Source: a virus. Taken from it: a stretch of 54,042 nucleotides of DNA. The stretch spans positions 1 to 54,042 of the IMG/VR virus record IMGVR_UViG_2757320460_000001; one strand, written 5' to 3'. The notes under the pieces are model-generated. The model searched no databases and was not told the origin of the DNA. It saw only the letters and a program-made list of their open reading frames with translations. The translations under genes and the position numbers were made by a program. This document shows positions 35,374 through 44,424 of this stretch, in pieces (within the stretch, counting starts at the first letter, position 1; each line of letters starts with the position of its first letter).

Positions 35374-37983
35374 ATGAGTGAAATAGGACTAAATATTAAT
35401 GTTGATTCTTATAATAACGAAGGAATAAAAACAATAAAAGGCAATAATAATGCAGAAATCTATAAACTATATATCTTAAAGAATAAAAGAAGATTAAGTT
35501 TAGTAGGTAAGACTGTTAAACTTGGCTATGTAATGGCTGGGACAACAAATGGAGATGTAATAGAAAATTTAAACATTACAAATGCAGAGCAAGGAGAAAT
35601 AACATTCCCAATAACTAATAGAATATCTAAACAAGATGGTGTCTATTCTTGCCAGCTTGCTATTTATGGAGCAGATGGATTCTTAGAGCATACAGCAACA
35701 TTTGGATTAACTGTAGAGGATAATATATTTACTAAAATAGCTGGAGAAATAGCAGATAGTAAAGACTTTACTTATTTAGAAAATATACTAGACAAAGCTA
35801 GTAAGTTAAGTGAAAAGTTAAAAGAAAATACTTCTACTGCTACTAATGCAAATAGTAATTTAGAATCTAATATAACAGAAGCTAATAATATTAATTCTAA
35901 GCTCTTAGAAAATACTTCTACTGCTACTTCTTTAAATAAAAATTTAGAATCTAACATAGATCTAGCTAAAGAAGTTAAAGAAACTATAAAAGATTTAGAT
36001 ACTAAAAATATAGAGGCTACAGAGAAAATAGAAACACTAACTGGATTAAATTCTAAAGCTGAAGAACTATCAGATAATATAAATAAAGGACTACCTTTAA
36101 ATTCAGAACTTGTTAAAAATACTGAAGAAGCTAAAACTGCTAACACAAACCTTGCAGCAACCAACCAAGAAGCTACTTCTAAAAATACAGAACTTCAAGC
36201 TTCTTTGGAAAAGACTAAAGAATTCATAGAAGGGTTGGATGGAAGTCAAAACATTCCTCAAATTCGTATGGATGTAACGGAACTACAGAATGGACTTAAA
36301 AGTAATCAAGCTTTAAGTTATGAAGGGAGTTCTATAAGTGCAAATAACACACTAGAAGGTAGAACTGAAGGAATGAGGATTGGTGGTAGGACTTTAGTTA
36401 ATTTAGTTAATTATAAAAAGATAAGAGAATATGTAGCAACTGGAGCTAAAAGTGATAATGATACAATTACTTGGGATTTTGATAATTTTGAGATACCTTA
36501 TAACAATTGGAATATGATTTATGACACATTAGATATGTGTGAAGCTGGTAAAACTTACACTGCTATTTTTAATGTTTTAGAAAATACAACTGAAGTTATT
36601 AAAACTGGCGAAAAAACTGGAATATCAATTATGAACTGGAATGTAAAAAATGGAGGAAACACATGGCCAGAAGGTGATTATGTTTTAAAAGGTTCTGGTA
36701 TTATATTAAAAAAATTAACCTTTGAAAAAGGAAGTTTAGAAAAGTCAAAGATAGCATTTAATGTCCATGGCAAAGAAGATGTTGGGAATACCCCTAAGAG
36801 ATTAAGAGGTAAATTTGTTTTATCAAAAAAAATAATGATTCTTGAAGGAGATTGGACAAATAAAGAAATACCTAGCTTTTTTGAAGGATTAAAAAGCTTT
36901 GGAGAAGATGAGAAAGTTGGAGATAAGTATAAAATTAGTGTTTTATCACATAATAAAAATTTATTTGATTATAATAAATTAACTGGTGGTGAAATAGTAA
37001 GTTTTAATGATAGAAAATGTTATAAATTTACTGATAATTCAACTAATTTTACTCTTGATGTAAAAGGGGAGGAAAATAAACAATATACTATATCTATAAA
37101 AATGTATAGAGAGCCTTCCCAAATTGAAAAAAGGCTTAACGTTCAATTCGTTTATTCAGACGGAACATTTAAAACTTATAATTTAGACCACAATGTTTTA
37201 AGAGAATTTACAACCGAGAGCGGAAAAACATTAGTTAGGATAAAGGGTGCTTATAATCATAGTTTGAATTGTTATATAGATTTAGGATGTACTCAATTAG
37301 AAGAAGGTTCTCAAGCAACTTCTTATGAACATTATAAAGAAGATAAAAAAAATATTTTAATTAAAGGTCCATTACCTGAATGGGACACTATGTATGAGGA
37401 TAATGGACAAGTTAAAGTTTGTAGAGATTCAGGAGAATATACTTTTACTGGAGATGAAAACTGGCAACTATCATCAGAATTACAAGATGAATTTTTATGT
37501 TTTTATATATTCTTTCCTCAATCAACTGTATTAACTAAAATTTTATGTAATAACTTTATCCAAAAACCAACAATGGAAAAAGGAGTTGAGTGTATAACTA
37601 ATAATGGAGGTGGTAGTTCAATTATTAGAATTAAGATAAGGAAGTCAAAATTAACTACTCAAAATATTGAAGGCTTCAAAGCATGGTTAAAAGCAAATCC
37701 AACTAAAATAGTTTATCAACTTGCTACACCAACTGTAGAAGTTGTAGAAAATTGTGTAGATATAGATTTAGATACATTTGTAGAAAAAACTTATTTTAAT
37801 ATATTAAACTCACTTCCAGGTAGTTTAGATTTTAAAGTACCTTCAAACCTAGGAAGCTCTTTGCAAAACTTAGCCAAAGAAGTTAATAATATCTGGGATG
37901 TTATTAATAATCTTTTAGTACCAAGCATAGTAAAAGCTAATGGAAATATTGCTATGATTAAATTAAATAATAATTTAAAATAA
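35374..37983 (+). CDS. tail fibre / receptor-binding protein
   Basis: 869 aa; BppU-N-like N-terminus; coiled-coil repeat region; position. Confidence 0.65.
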   Translation: MSEIGLNINVDSYNNEGIKTIKGNNNAEIYKLYILKNKRRLSLVGKTVKLGYVMAGTTNGDVIENLNITNAEQGEITFPITNRISKQDGVYSCQLAIYGADGFLEHTATFGLTVEDNIFTKIAGEIADSKDFTYLENILDKASKLSEKLKENTSTATNANSNLESNITEANNINSKLLENTSTATSLNKNLESNIDLAKEVKETIKDLDTKNIEATEKIETLTGLNSKAEELSDNINKGLPLNSELVKNTEEAKTANTNLAATNQEATSKNTELQASLEKTKEFIEGLDGSQNIPQIRMDVTELQNGLKSNQALSYEGSSISANNTLEGRTEGMRIGGRTLVNLVNYKKIREYVATGAKSDNDTITWDFDNFEIPYNNWNMIYDTLDMCEAGKTYTAIFNVLENTTEVIKTGEKTGISIMNWNVKNGGNTWPEGDYVLKGSGIILKKLTFEKGSLEKSKIAFNVHGKEDVGNTPKRLRGKFVLSKKIMILEGDWTNKEIPSFFEGLKSFGEDEKVGDKYKISVLSHNKNLFDYNKLTGGEIVSFNDRKCYKFTDNSTNFTLDVKGEENKQYTISIKMYREPSQIEKRLNVQFVYSDGTFKTYNLDHNVLREFTTESGKTLVRIKGAYNHSLNCYIDLGCTQLEEGSQATSYEHYKEDKKNILIKGPLPEWDTMYEDNGQVKVCRDSGEYTFTGDENWQLSSELQDEFLCFYIFFPQSTVLTKILCNNFIQKPTMEKGVECITNNGGGSSIIRIKIRKSKLTTQNIEGFKAWLKANPTKIVYQLATPTVEVVENCVDIDLDTFVEKTYFNILNSLPGSLDFKVPSNLGSSLQNLAKEVNNIWDVINNLLVPSIVKANGNIAMIKLNNNLK
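35824..35991 (+). repeat. two tandem 84-bp (28-aa) repeats in the fibre coiled-coil
   Basis: GAAAATACTTCTACTGCTACT at 35824 and 35908; AATTTAGAATCTAA at 35857 and 35941. Confidence 0.7.
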
Positions 37984-38001
37984 ATGAAAGGATGATTAAT
38001 T

Positions 38002-38199
38002 ATGATGTATGAATTATGTAAAAGACAAATAGCAAATGGATGTAAAACAGAGAAGGAAAGAGAGGAAATGAAGCAATTTTTAGGCTGCTTTATGATGACA
38101 CATGAAATAACACCTGAACAATATATGGAGTTATCTAATATGTTAAAACCAGTTGCAGTAGTAGTTACACCAACAGAAACTACACCAATACAAGCTTAA
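38002..38199 (+). CDS. XkdX-like small protein
   Basis: ...ITPEQYMELSNML motif; position between the fibre and holin genes. Confidence 0.4.
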   Translation: MMYELCKRQIANGCKTEKEREEMKQFLGCFMMTHEITPEQYMELSNMLKPVAVVVTPTETTPIQA

Positions 38200-38277
38200 T
38201 AAATAAAACAACAGGGGAATAATTAAGGCTAGAGATAGTCTTTTTTTATTTCTCTAAATTAAGAAAGAGAGAAGAGG

Positions 38278-38685
38278 ATGGAAAAGGTATTTGATTATTT
38301 AAAAGCAATAATAGTAGCACTAGGAACTGGATTTACCTGGCTATTCGGAGCATGGGACACACCTTTAGCAACATTAGTTGTGTTTATTATTTTAGATTAT
38401 ATAACTGGGTTAACACGAGGGTATGTAAATAAAGAATTATCCAGTGATGTAGGTTTAAAAGGAATAGCTAGAAAAGCAATGATACTTACAGTTTTAATAG
38501 TTGCTGTAATGCTAGATAGGTTACTTAATAATGGGACTTGGGTATTTAGAACAGTTATTTGTTATTTTTATATAGCAAATGAAGGAATAAGCTTATTAGA
38601 AAATGGAGCAGCACTAGGATTGCCTATTCCAGAAAAATTAAAAGATGCCTTAATACAATTAAGAGAAGGTAAAAAGAAATTTTAA
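38278..38685 (+). CDS. holin (phage_holin_4_1 / TcdE-like)
   Basis: ILDYITGL...SSDVGLKGIARK...ANEGISLLENGAALGLPIP signature; 3 TM segments. Confidence 0.85.
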   Translation: MEKVFDYLKAIIVALGTGFTWLFGAWDTPLATLVVFIILDYITGLTRGYVNKELSSDVGLKGIARKAMILTVLIVAVMLDRLLNNGTWVFRTVICYFYIANEGISLLENGAALGLPIPEKLKDALIQLREGKKKF

Positions 38686-38708
38686 ATAAAAGAAAGGATG
38701 ATATTAAA

Positions 38709-39191
38709 ATGGAAAAGATAATAGAACCAATATTAACAGCTTTAACTTTAGGAATAGTTGGAGTTATTTTAGCTATTATTAAAAGTGTTGGAGATGTTAC
38801 TATCCAATACATAGCTAAGAAAAAAGAAATGGTAGAACAAAAATTAAAGCTAGATCAACATGAAGAAGAAATCAAAACAGCTAAACAAATATGGAATATA
38901 GTTGAGGAGAAATATCGTATAACAGATAATATAAAAGACTTAGCAAAATCAAAAGCAGATTATTTTGATAAATTACTTTTAGAAAAAATACCTTATTTAA
39001 CTGAAGAACAAGTAAAGATGTTACGCCAAACTATAGCTGGAGAGGTTAATAAAGGGAAAACTTTGTTACATGAAGATAGTTTAAAACAACAAGCTACACA
39101 ATTAGTAGAAGAAAATGAGAAATTAAAATTATTAAATGTAGAAACAGAAAATAAATTAGCTGCAGTAAAAAGCTTAAATGAAAGCCTATAA
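38709..39191 (+). CDS. membrane-anchored coiled-coil protein
   Basis: N-terminal TM helix; position in the lysis cassette. Confidence 0.5.
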   Translation: MEKIIEPILTALTLGIVGVILAIIKSVGDVTIQYIAKKKEMVEQKLKLDQHEEEIKTAKQIWNIVEEKYRITDNIKDLAKSKADYFDKLLLEKIPYLTEEQVKMLRQTIAGEVNKGKTLLHEDSLKQQATQLVEENEKLKLLNVETENKLAAVKSLNESL

Positions 39192-39229
39192 TTTAGGTTC
39201 TCTTTTTTATAAAAAATAACAGTAAAGGA

Positions 39230-40018
39230 ATGACGGAAATGACTAAAGATAAAAACAGTAAAATGATGAAACCACCAATAACAAGAATGGGAGGAAAATC
39301 AAAGCTAAGAAAAACAATAATAGAAAATATTCCAGAACATACTTGTTACATAGAATTATTCTTTGGAGCTGGATGGGTTTACTTTGGGAAAGAGCCTTCG
39401 AAAGTTGAGGTGATTAACGATGTAGATAAAGAGCTTATTAATTTATTTAAGATGATTAAATACCATGCTCCTGAAATTGAAAGAATGTTAGAGTATGAAT
39501 TTTCAGGAAGAGATATATTTGAAGAATATAAAAATGTTACTTTAGAACATTTAACAGAAATACAAAGAGCTGTTAGATTTTTATATCTAATTTCTCAAAG
39601 TTTTGCGGGAAAGGGTAATCATTATGGGTATGGAACTAATACCAAGCCTTCTCCACAGATTTTTTATAAAGGAGTATTAGGAGATATAAAAAATAGACTT
39701 AGAAACACTTATGTAGAAAATTTATCCTTTGAAAAAATTATAGAAAAATATGATAGAGAATATAGTTTTTTCTTTTGTGATCCACCATATTTTGAAACAG
39801 CAGGGTATGGAACAGAGTTTGGCGAAAAAGAGCATTTACTGTTAAGAGATAAATTAAAAAATATAAAAGGAAAGTTCTTAGTAACTATAAATGACCATCC
39901 AAAAGTAAGAGAATGGTATAAAGATTTTAATATTAAAGAAGTAAAAGTAATGTACTCCGTATCTAATCAAGCAAGTGCAAGAAAAGAATATGGGGAATTG
40001 ATAATAACAAATTTTTAA
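39230..40018 (+). CDS. dam: DNA N6-adenine methyltransferase (D12 class, Dam-like), orphan
   Basis: ...MGGKSKL...ELFFGAGWV...VINDVDKELINLF... and catalytic DPPY (FFCDPPYFET). Confidence 0.85.
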   Translation: MTEMTKDKNSKMMKPPITRMGGKSKLRKTIIENIPEHTCYIELFFGAGWVYFGKEPSKVEVINDVDKELINLFKMIKYHAPEIERMLEYEFSGRDIFEEYKNVTLEHLTEIQRAVRFLYLISQSFAGKGNHYGYGTNTKPSPQIFYKGVLGDIKNRLRNTYVENLSFEKIIEKYDREYSFFFCDPPYFETAGYGTEFGEKEHLLLRDKLKNIKGKFLVTINDHPKVREWYKDFNIKEVKVMYSVSNQASARKEYGELIITNF

Positions 40019-40043
40019 AAATAAAAGAAAGAAGGAATGTAAA

Positions 40044-41051
40044 ATGTTAAAAGGAATAGACGTATCAGAACACCAAGGAAGAATAGATTGGGAAAGAGTA
40101 AAAGGTAATATAGATTTTGCTATATTAAGAGCAGGATATGGAAGAAATAATATAGATAAGCAATTTATAAGAAATATAGAAGAGTGTAATAGATTATGTA
40201 TTCCAGTAGGTATATATTGGTTTAGTTATGCTTGGAATGAAGAAATGGCTAAGAATGAAGCTAGATATGTGCTAGAAGCCATTAAAGGTTATAGAGTTGA
40301 TTATCCTATAAGCTATGACCTAGAATATGATACTTTAAACTATGCATCTAAAAATGGAGTTACTATAGGAAAAAGATTAGCTACAGATATGGTTAAAGCC
40401 TTTTGTGATGAAATAAACCGTAACGGATATAGAGCTATGAACTATACTAACCAAGATTTCTTATTAAATAAATTCTATATGAATGAGTTAACTAATTATC
40501 CATTATGGTATGCATGGTATAACTCTAAACTTAATAGAGATTGTGCTATATGGCAATATTCAGAAAGTGGACAAGTACCAGGCATTGGTGGAGCAAGCGT
40601 AGATATGAACTATTGCTATGAAGATTTCTTAAAGAAAGATTTTACACTAGAAAATGCTACTACTTGTAATGTCGATACTGAATTAAATATAAGAGCAAAA
40701 GGAACTACAGGTGCAACTATAGTCGGAAGCATACCTGCAGGAGATAGATTTAGAATTAAGTGGGTAGATTCTGATTACTTAGGTTGGTATTACATAGAGT
40801 ACCAAGGTATTACTGGATATGTAAGCCAAGACTATGTAGAAAAACTTCAAATGGCTACTACTTGCAATGTAGATTCAGTTCTTAATGTTAGAGCAGAAGG
40901 TAATACAAGTTCTAATATAGTAGCTACAATTAATCCAGGAGAAGTATTCAGAATAGATTGGGTAGATTCAGACTTTATTGGCTGGTATAGAATTACTACA
41001 GCTAATGGAGCAAATGGATTTGTTAAATCAGATTTTGTAAAGAAACTATAA
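40044..41051 (+). CDS. endolysin: GH25 muramidase + two SH3_3 cell-wall-binding domains
   Basis: MLKGIDVSEHQGRIDW...; duplicated TTCNVD..LN.RA.G....IV..I..G..FRI.WVDSD..GWY.I modules. Confidence 0.9.
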   Translation: MLKGIDVSEHQGRIDWERVKGNIDFAILRAGYGRNNIDKQFIRNIEECNRLCIPVGIYWFSYAWNEEMAKNEARYVLEAIKGYRVDYPISYDLEYDTLNYASKNGVTIGKRLATDMVKAFCDEINRNGYRAMNYTNQDFLLNKFYMNELTNYPLWYAWYNSKLNRDCAIWQYSESGQVPGIGGASVDMNYCYEDFLKKDFTLENATTCNVDTELNIRAKGTTGATIVGSIPAGDRFRIKWVDSDYLGWYYIEYQGITGYVSQDYVEKLQMATTCNVDSVLNVRAEGNTSSNIVATINPGEVFRIDWVDSDFIGWYRITTANGANGFVKSDFVKKL

Positions 41052-41054
41052 TAA

Positions 41055-41092
41055 AAAGGCTAGGTGGGTTTAATCCTACCTAGCCTTTTTTT
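41055..41092 (+). terminator. rho-independent terminator (also serves the converging minus-strand genes)
   Basis: AAGGCTAGGTGGG...CCTACCTAGCCTT followed by TTTTT. Confidence 0.8.
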
Positions 41093-41104
41093 ATATTTAA
41101 GAAT

Positions 41105-41308
41105 CTATTTTTTATTTCTTATTTCATTAATTAATATCGCAACTGAGACACCAATAACTGAAGCTAAAAATAGTATTGCAAAAAATATTCCATAAAGATA
41201 AGAATATAATATTTCTTTAGTGAAAAAATTAGCTAAGCCAGTAGAAATTATAAATCCTAAAATAAATATAATAATACTTATTAAAATATATTTAATTATT
41301 TTATTCAT
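41105..41308 (-). CDS. small two-TM membrane protein
   Basis: Highly hydrophobic 67 aa; directly downstream of 41314..42198 on the minus strand. Confidence 0.55.
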   Translation of the reverse strand: MNKIIKYILISIIIFILGFIISTGLANFFTKEILYSYLYGIFFAILFLASVIGVSVAILINEIRNKK

Positions 41309-41313
41309 AAATT

Positions 41314-42198
41314 CTACCTACTAACATGTATTGAAGATTGATGCTGATCATATTTAGTTCCAGCTGATATACTTGGACGACCATCTGTACCTATACTTAT
41401 ATCACCAAATCCCAATTCTTTGTGTACATAATGTCCATTTATCCATCCTTGATTATATCCACTTCCAACAAAGTTGACACCTGTCTGTATCATTGCATTA
41501 TGATATAAAGTTGAAGATGGATTACCATTGTCTAAATTGAATGTTGCCAGTACTCCATTTTTTCCTTCATTGTTTGCTTTAACTACTAATCTTTCAACTC
41601 TATCTCCTCCAGGGTAATAAGGGTCATAGTAATGATATTCTGCTGCTCTTGTACTGGCATTTCCTGAAATTATTAATCCATTAGAAAGAGAAATTCCTAT
41701 TGCATCAGTTAATCTTAAATATGGATCTTTAAGCCATGATGAAAAGTTATAAGCCATATAATCACTTTGAATAGATGGATCACCATAATAAACTTGTAAG
41801 TCAACTCTTATCCAAGATGATGGAGTTGTTTCTTGGCTTCCTATACCCCTAATTACTTCCTTTAATTCTTCTTTTTTACTTTCAACCTCATATTCTTCTC
41901 TAGTAAATTCTTCAACAATAAAATCTTTGTTTACTTCTTCTTTAGTTTTATATTCTTTTTTTAACTCTTCTGTTTTAGGAGTATATCTTATATATACTTC
42001 TTCACTAGAAACTAATTCTCCAGTAGTATACTTTTCTAAACTCTCCTTAAACGATGGAAACTTTTCGATCAGTTCTTTAGTCTGTCTATCATAATTTTTT
42101 TCATTATTAGTATTAGCAAGAACTATTGATCCATTAGAAGCTAAAGATGTTACTAAGCATAAAGATAAAATACTAAAAAGTTTTTTAATTTTTTTCAT
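41314..42198 (-). CDS. secreted protein of unknown function (signal peptide)
   Basis: MKKIKKLFSILSLCLVTSLASNGSIVLA signal-like N-terminus; GGGGGAA RBS region; opposite strand to the phage late genes. Confidence 0.65.
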   Translation of the reverse strand: MKKIKKLFSILSLCLVTSLASNGSIVLANTNNEKNYDRQTKELIEKFPSFKESLEKYTTGELVSSEEVYIRYTPKTEELKKEYKTKEEVNKDFIVEEFTREEYEVESKKEELKEVIRGIGSQETTPSSWIRVDLQVYYGDPSIQSDYMAYNFSSWLKDPYLRLTDAIGISLSNGLIISGNASTRAAEYHYYDPYYPGGDRVERLVVKANNEGKNGVLATFNLDNGNPSSTLYHNAMIQTGVNFVGSGYNQGWINGHYVHKELGFGDISIGTDGRPSISAGTKYDQHQSSIHVSR

Positions 42199-42545
42199 TT
42201 TAATTCCCCCTTAAACTCAAACAATTATAAAAACATCTAATTGCTAAAATAAAAATTATTTTAATCAAATTCAAAATTGATTTTATACCTTTTTTTTCTT
42301 GTTTTCAACTTATTTTAGAATAAATGTAATAAATTAACTGCTAGTTAATAGTTTTTTTATTTTTTACATATTATTTTAAAAAAATATTAAAATTATTATT
42401 AACTATCACTGTAATAGGATATGGTAAATACTAAAGTATAAAATATTAATAGAAAATCAAAAATAATTGTTACTGGAGAAGGCATTAAAAATGTTAAGTA
42501 TCTCATTATAAAAATAAAGATAATAAATTTTTAGAATTTGAAATA

Positions 42546-42746
42546 AAAAAGAGAGTAGTTAATGTAATAACTCAATTAGATACAAGATATGAACCTTCTC
42601 CTAATTCAAGTAGAATGGGCTATGTTACAAATGGGGAAAGACTATATGTACATAGAACATAAGGAAACTATGCACTAGCAACCTAATTCGCAGGTGATGG
42701 CTATAAAACAGCATGGTTTACAGCTAAATATTTAGAAAGAATATAA
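42546..42746 (+). pseudogene. remnant of an SH3-type cell-wall-binding domain (lysin 3' end) with two in-frame stops
   Basis: KKRVVNVITQLDTRYEPSPNSSRMGYVTNGERLYVHRT*GNYALAT*FAGDGYKTAWFTAKYLERI*; stops at 42660 and 42684. Confidence 0.6.
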
Positions 42747-42750
42747 TTAC

Positions 42751-42786
42751 AAGGCTAGGTGGGGTAATTCCTATCTAGCCTTTTTC
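42751..42786 (+). terminator. terminator, near-duplicate of the endolysin terminator at 41058
   Basis: AAGGCTAGGTGGGGTAATTCCTATCTAGCCTTTTT compared with AAGGCTAGGTGGGTTTAATCCTACCTAGCCTTTTT. Confidence 0.6.
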
Positions 42787-42931
42787 ATTTTAAATATTCT
42801 ATAAATTTCTTATATTTTGGATTCCTAAAAATTAATCTATTTCCCCTCATATTTTTACTCCAACACCTTTTGTTCAATATTTTATTAAAAAAATATCAAT
42901 CTAAACATTAGTTATATAGCCAAATTATTAG

Positions 42932-42990
42932 AAAAAGAGATATCTCTTTTTCTAAAACTTTCAAAAATAAAAAAAGAGATATCTCTTTTT
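42932..42990. terminator. two copies of the palindrome AAAAAGAGATATCTCTTTTT (bidirectional terminator-like)
   Basis: 42932..42951 and 42971..42990. Confidence 0.5.
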
Positions 42991-43045
42991 TTATTAATTA
43001 TTTTCAAAAAAGATATACCTATAAAAGCAAAATTTTACTTCCTAA

Positions 43046-43073
43046 TTGACATTAAATATTATATTAGTATAAT
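43046..43073 (+). promoter_or_regulatory. near-consensus sigma-A promoter
   Basis: TTGACA, 16 nt, TATAAT. Confidence 0.65.
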
Positions 43074-43079
43074 TATAAG

Positions 43080-43266
43080 TGAACACGCACTAAATAATAG
43101 TAATGATGTATTAGCTAAAAATATATCATAAAATTAAAGTTTAGTCGGTAACCAGTATCCGATGAATAAATAACTGGTTCGCTTAGTATTGTCGCTTACC
43201 CATATGCGACTAATAAATTGTGGGTTTGTATGATTTGAAAGGCTCTATAATTTTTATAGGGCCTTT
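43080..43266 (+). ncRNA. candidate antitoxin/leader RNA of a type III TA-like module
   Basis: About 190 nt non-coding between the consensus promoter and hairpin AAAGGCTCTATAA-TTT-TTATAGGGCCTTT (43238..43266). Internal hairpins include GTCGC..GCGAC. Immediately upstream of the ToxN-like ORF. Confidence 0.4.
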
Positions 43267-43290
43267 AATTTTAATTTAACGAGGTATTTT

Positions 43291-43797
43291 ATGGAGAACT
43301 ATGGAATATATGTATTAAAAGATTCTTATTTTGAAAAATTTAAATATATTAAAAACTTATCTCAAAATAAAAATGGTAGACCACAATTCTTATATATAAA
43401 AGATTCCAAATACGATTTTATCTTTTGGGTAATACCATTAACAACTAAAATTGAAAAAGCAAGACTTCTTATTGAAAAAGAGAGTAAAATAAGAAAAGAT
43501 TGTATTAAAGCTCATATAATCAAAATAGGCAAAGACGAAAGAGCTTTATTAATTCAAGATATGATTCCAGTTACATATGATTATATAGATCACCCATATA
43601 CAATAAATAATATTCATCTAATTTTAAAAAATAAAAATGAAATTAAAGCAATAAAGAAAAAGGCTAATAAATGGTTAGCCCTAGTTAAACAAGGTCGTAA
43701 GTTATTCAATACTCAGATAGATAGTTTAGAAATATATAATAGATTAATAGAAGAAAATATAACTATTAAAGAAGTTGCAATCACAAAAGTAAAATAG
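43291..43797 (+). CDS. ToxN/AbiQ-like endoribonuclease toxin (type III TA / abortive infection)
   Basis: 168 aa; N-terminal Y..KDSYFEKF...NGRPQFLYI...FWVIPLTTK, then ...DMIPV... and ...LVKQGRKL, resembling the ToxN/AbiQ layout. Confidence 0.55.
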   Translation: MENYGIYVLKDSYFEKFKYIKNLSQNKNGRPQFLYIKDSKYDFIFWVIPLTTKIEKARLLIEKESKIRKDCIKAHIIKIGKDERALLIQDMIPVTYDYIDHPYTINNIHLILKNKNEIKAIKKKANKWLALVKQGRKLFNTQIDSLEIYNRLIEENITIKEVAITKVK

Positions 43798-43918
43798 CTG
43801 CAATAAATGCAGCTTGAAAGAGAGTAATATAAAATATCATTAAAGATGTTATTTTCATTATTAACAAACTTTTTAAATTTATTCATTTAATATAAAATAA
43901 ATTTAGGAGGTATTTTTT

Positions 43919-44404
43919 ATGAAAGATATACATATTAAAACTAGAAATAAAAAAAATTCTATAAATGAAATTAAAAATATTCGTAAAAGAATTTATGATA
44001 ATTACATGTGTGATTTAAATGATTGTAACTTAGATATTGAAACTGATAGGATATATATTAATTCTTTAAAGGATAAACAAAATAATCCTTTACTTACAGG
44101 TGCAATAGCTTCAGTAGTTGGTGTTATAGCTGGTATTATATTACCACCATGCTTAGAATTGTTTTCAAAACCTACAAGTTCATTTCAAATTTCATTTCCT
44201 AATATAATTGCATTTATAATAACACTCGGTATTATTTTAATATTTTTAGTAGTTATTTCTATATTTTATTACTTTGTAATGATTAAAGATATATTCAAAA
44301 TATATAAAAAATATTTAAAGAAAAATACTTATTATGATATATGTTTAGAAGTTTTAGATGAAATTGAAGAGAAAATCAAAGAAAGGGAAAAGGAAAAGGT
44401 GTAG
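43919..44404 (+). CDS. membrane protein
   Basis: Two predicted TM helices; AGGAGG RBS. Confidence 0.55.
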   Translation: MKDIHIKTRNKKNSINEIKNIRKRIYDNYMCDLNDCNLDIETDRIYINSLKDKQNNPLLTGAIASVVGVIAGIILPPCLELFSKPTSSFQISFPNIIAFIITLGIILIFLVVISIFYYFVMIKDIFKIYKKYLKKNTYYDICLEVLDEIEEKIKEREKEKV

Positions 44405-44424
44405 ATATTTTCTACACCTAATTA

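Noticed and set aside
42932-42990. AAAAAGAGATATCTCTTTTT repeated twice, as a possible second CRISPR-like array.
   Set aside because: There are only two copies. Each is a self-complementary palindrome flanked by A and T runs, so these are terminator-like. The 19-nt interval between them matches nothing else.
43141-43230. tRNA-like or riboswitch-like fold upstream of the ToxN-like gene, and similarly in the resolvase leader at 11344..11479.
   Set aside because: There is no cloverleaf, no T-loop consensus (GTTCGAATC-type) and no known riboswitch core. I treated the first as a candidate antitoxin RNA and the second as an unexplained leader.
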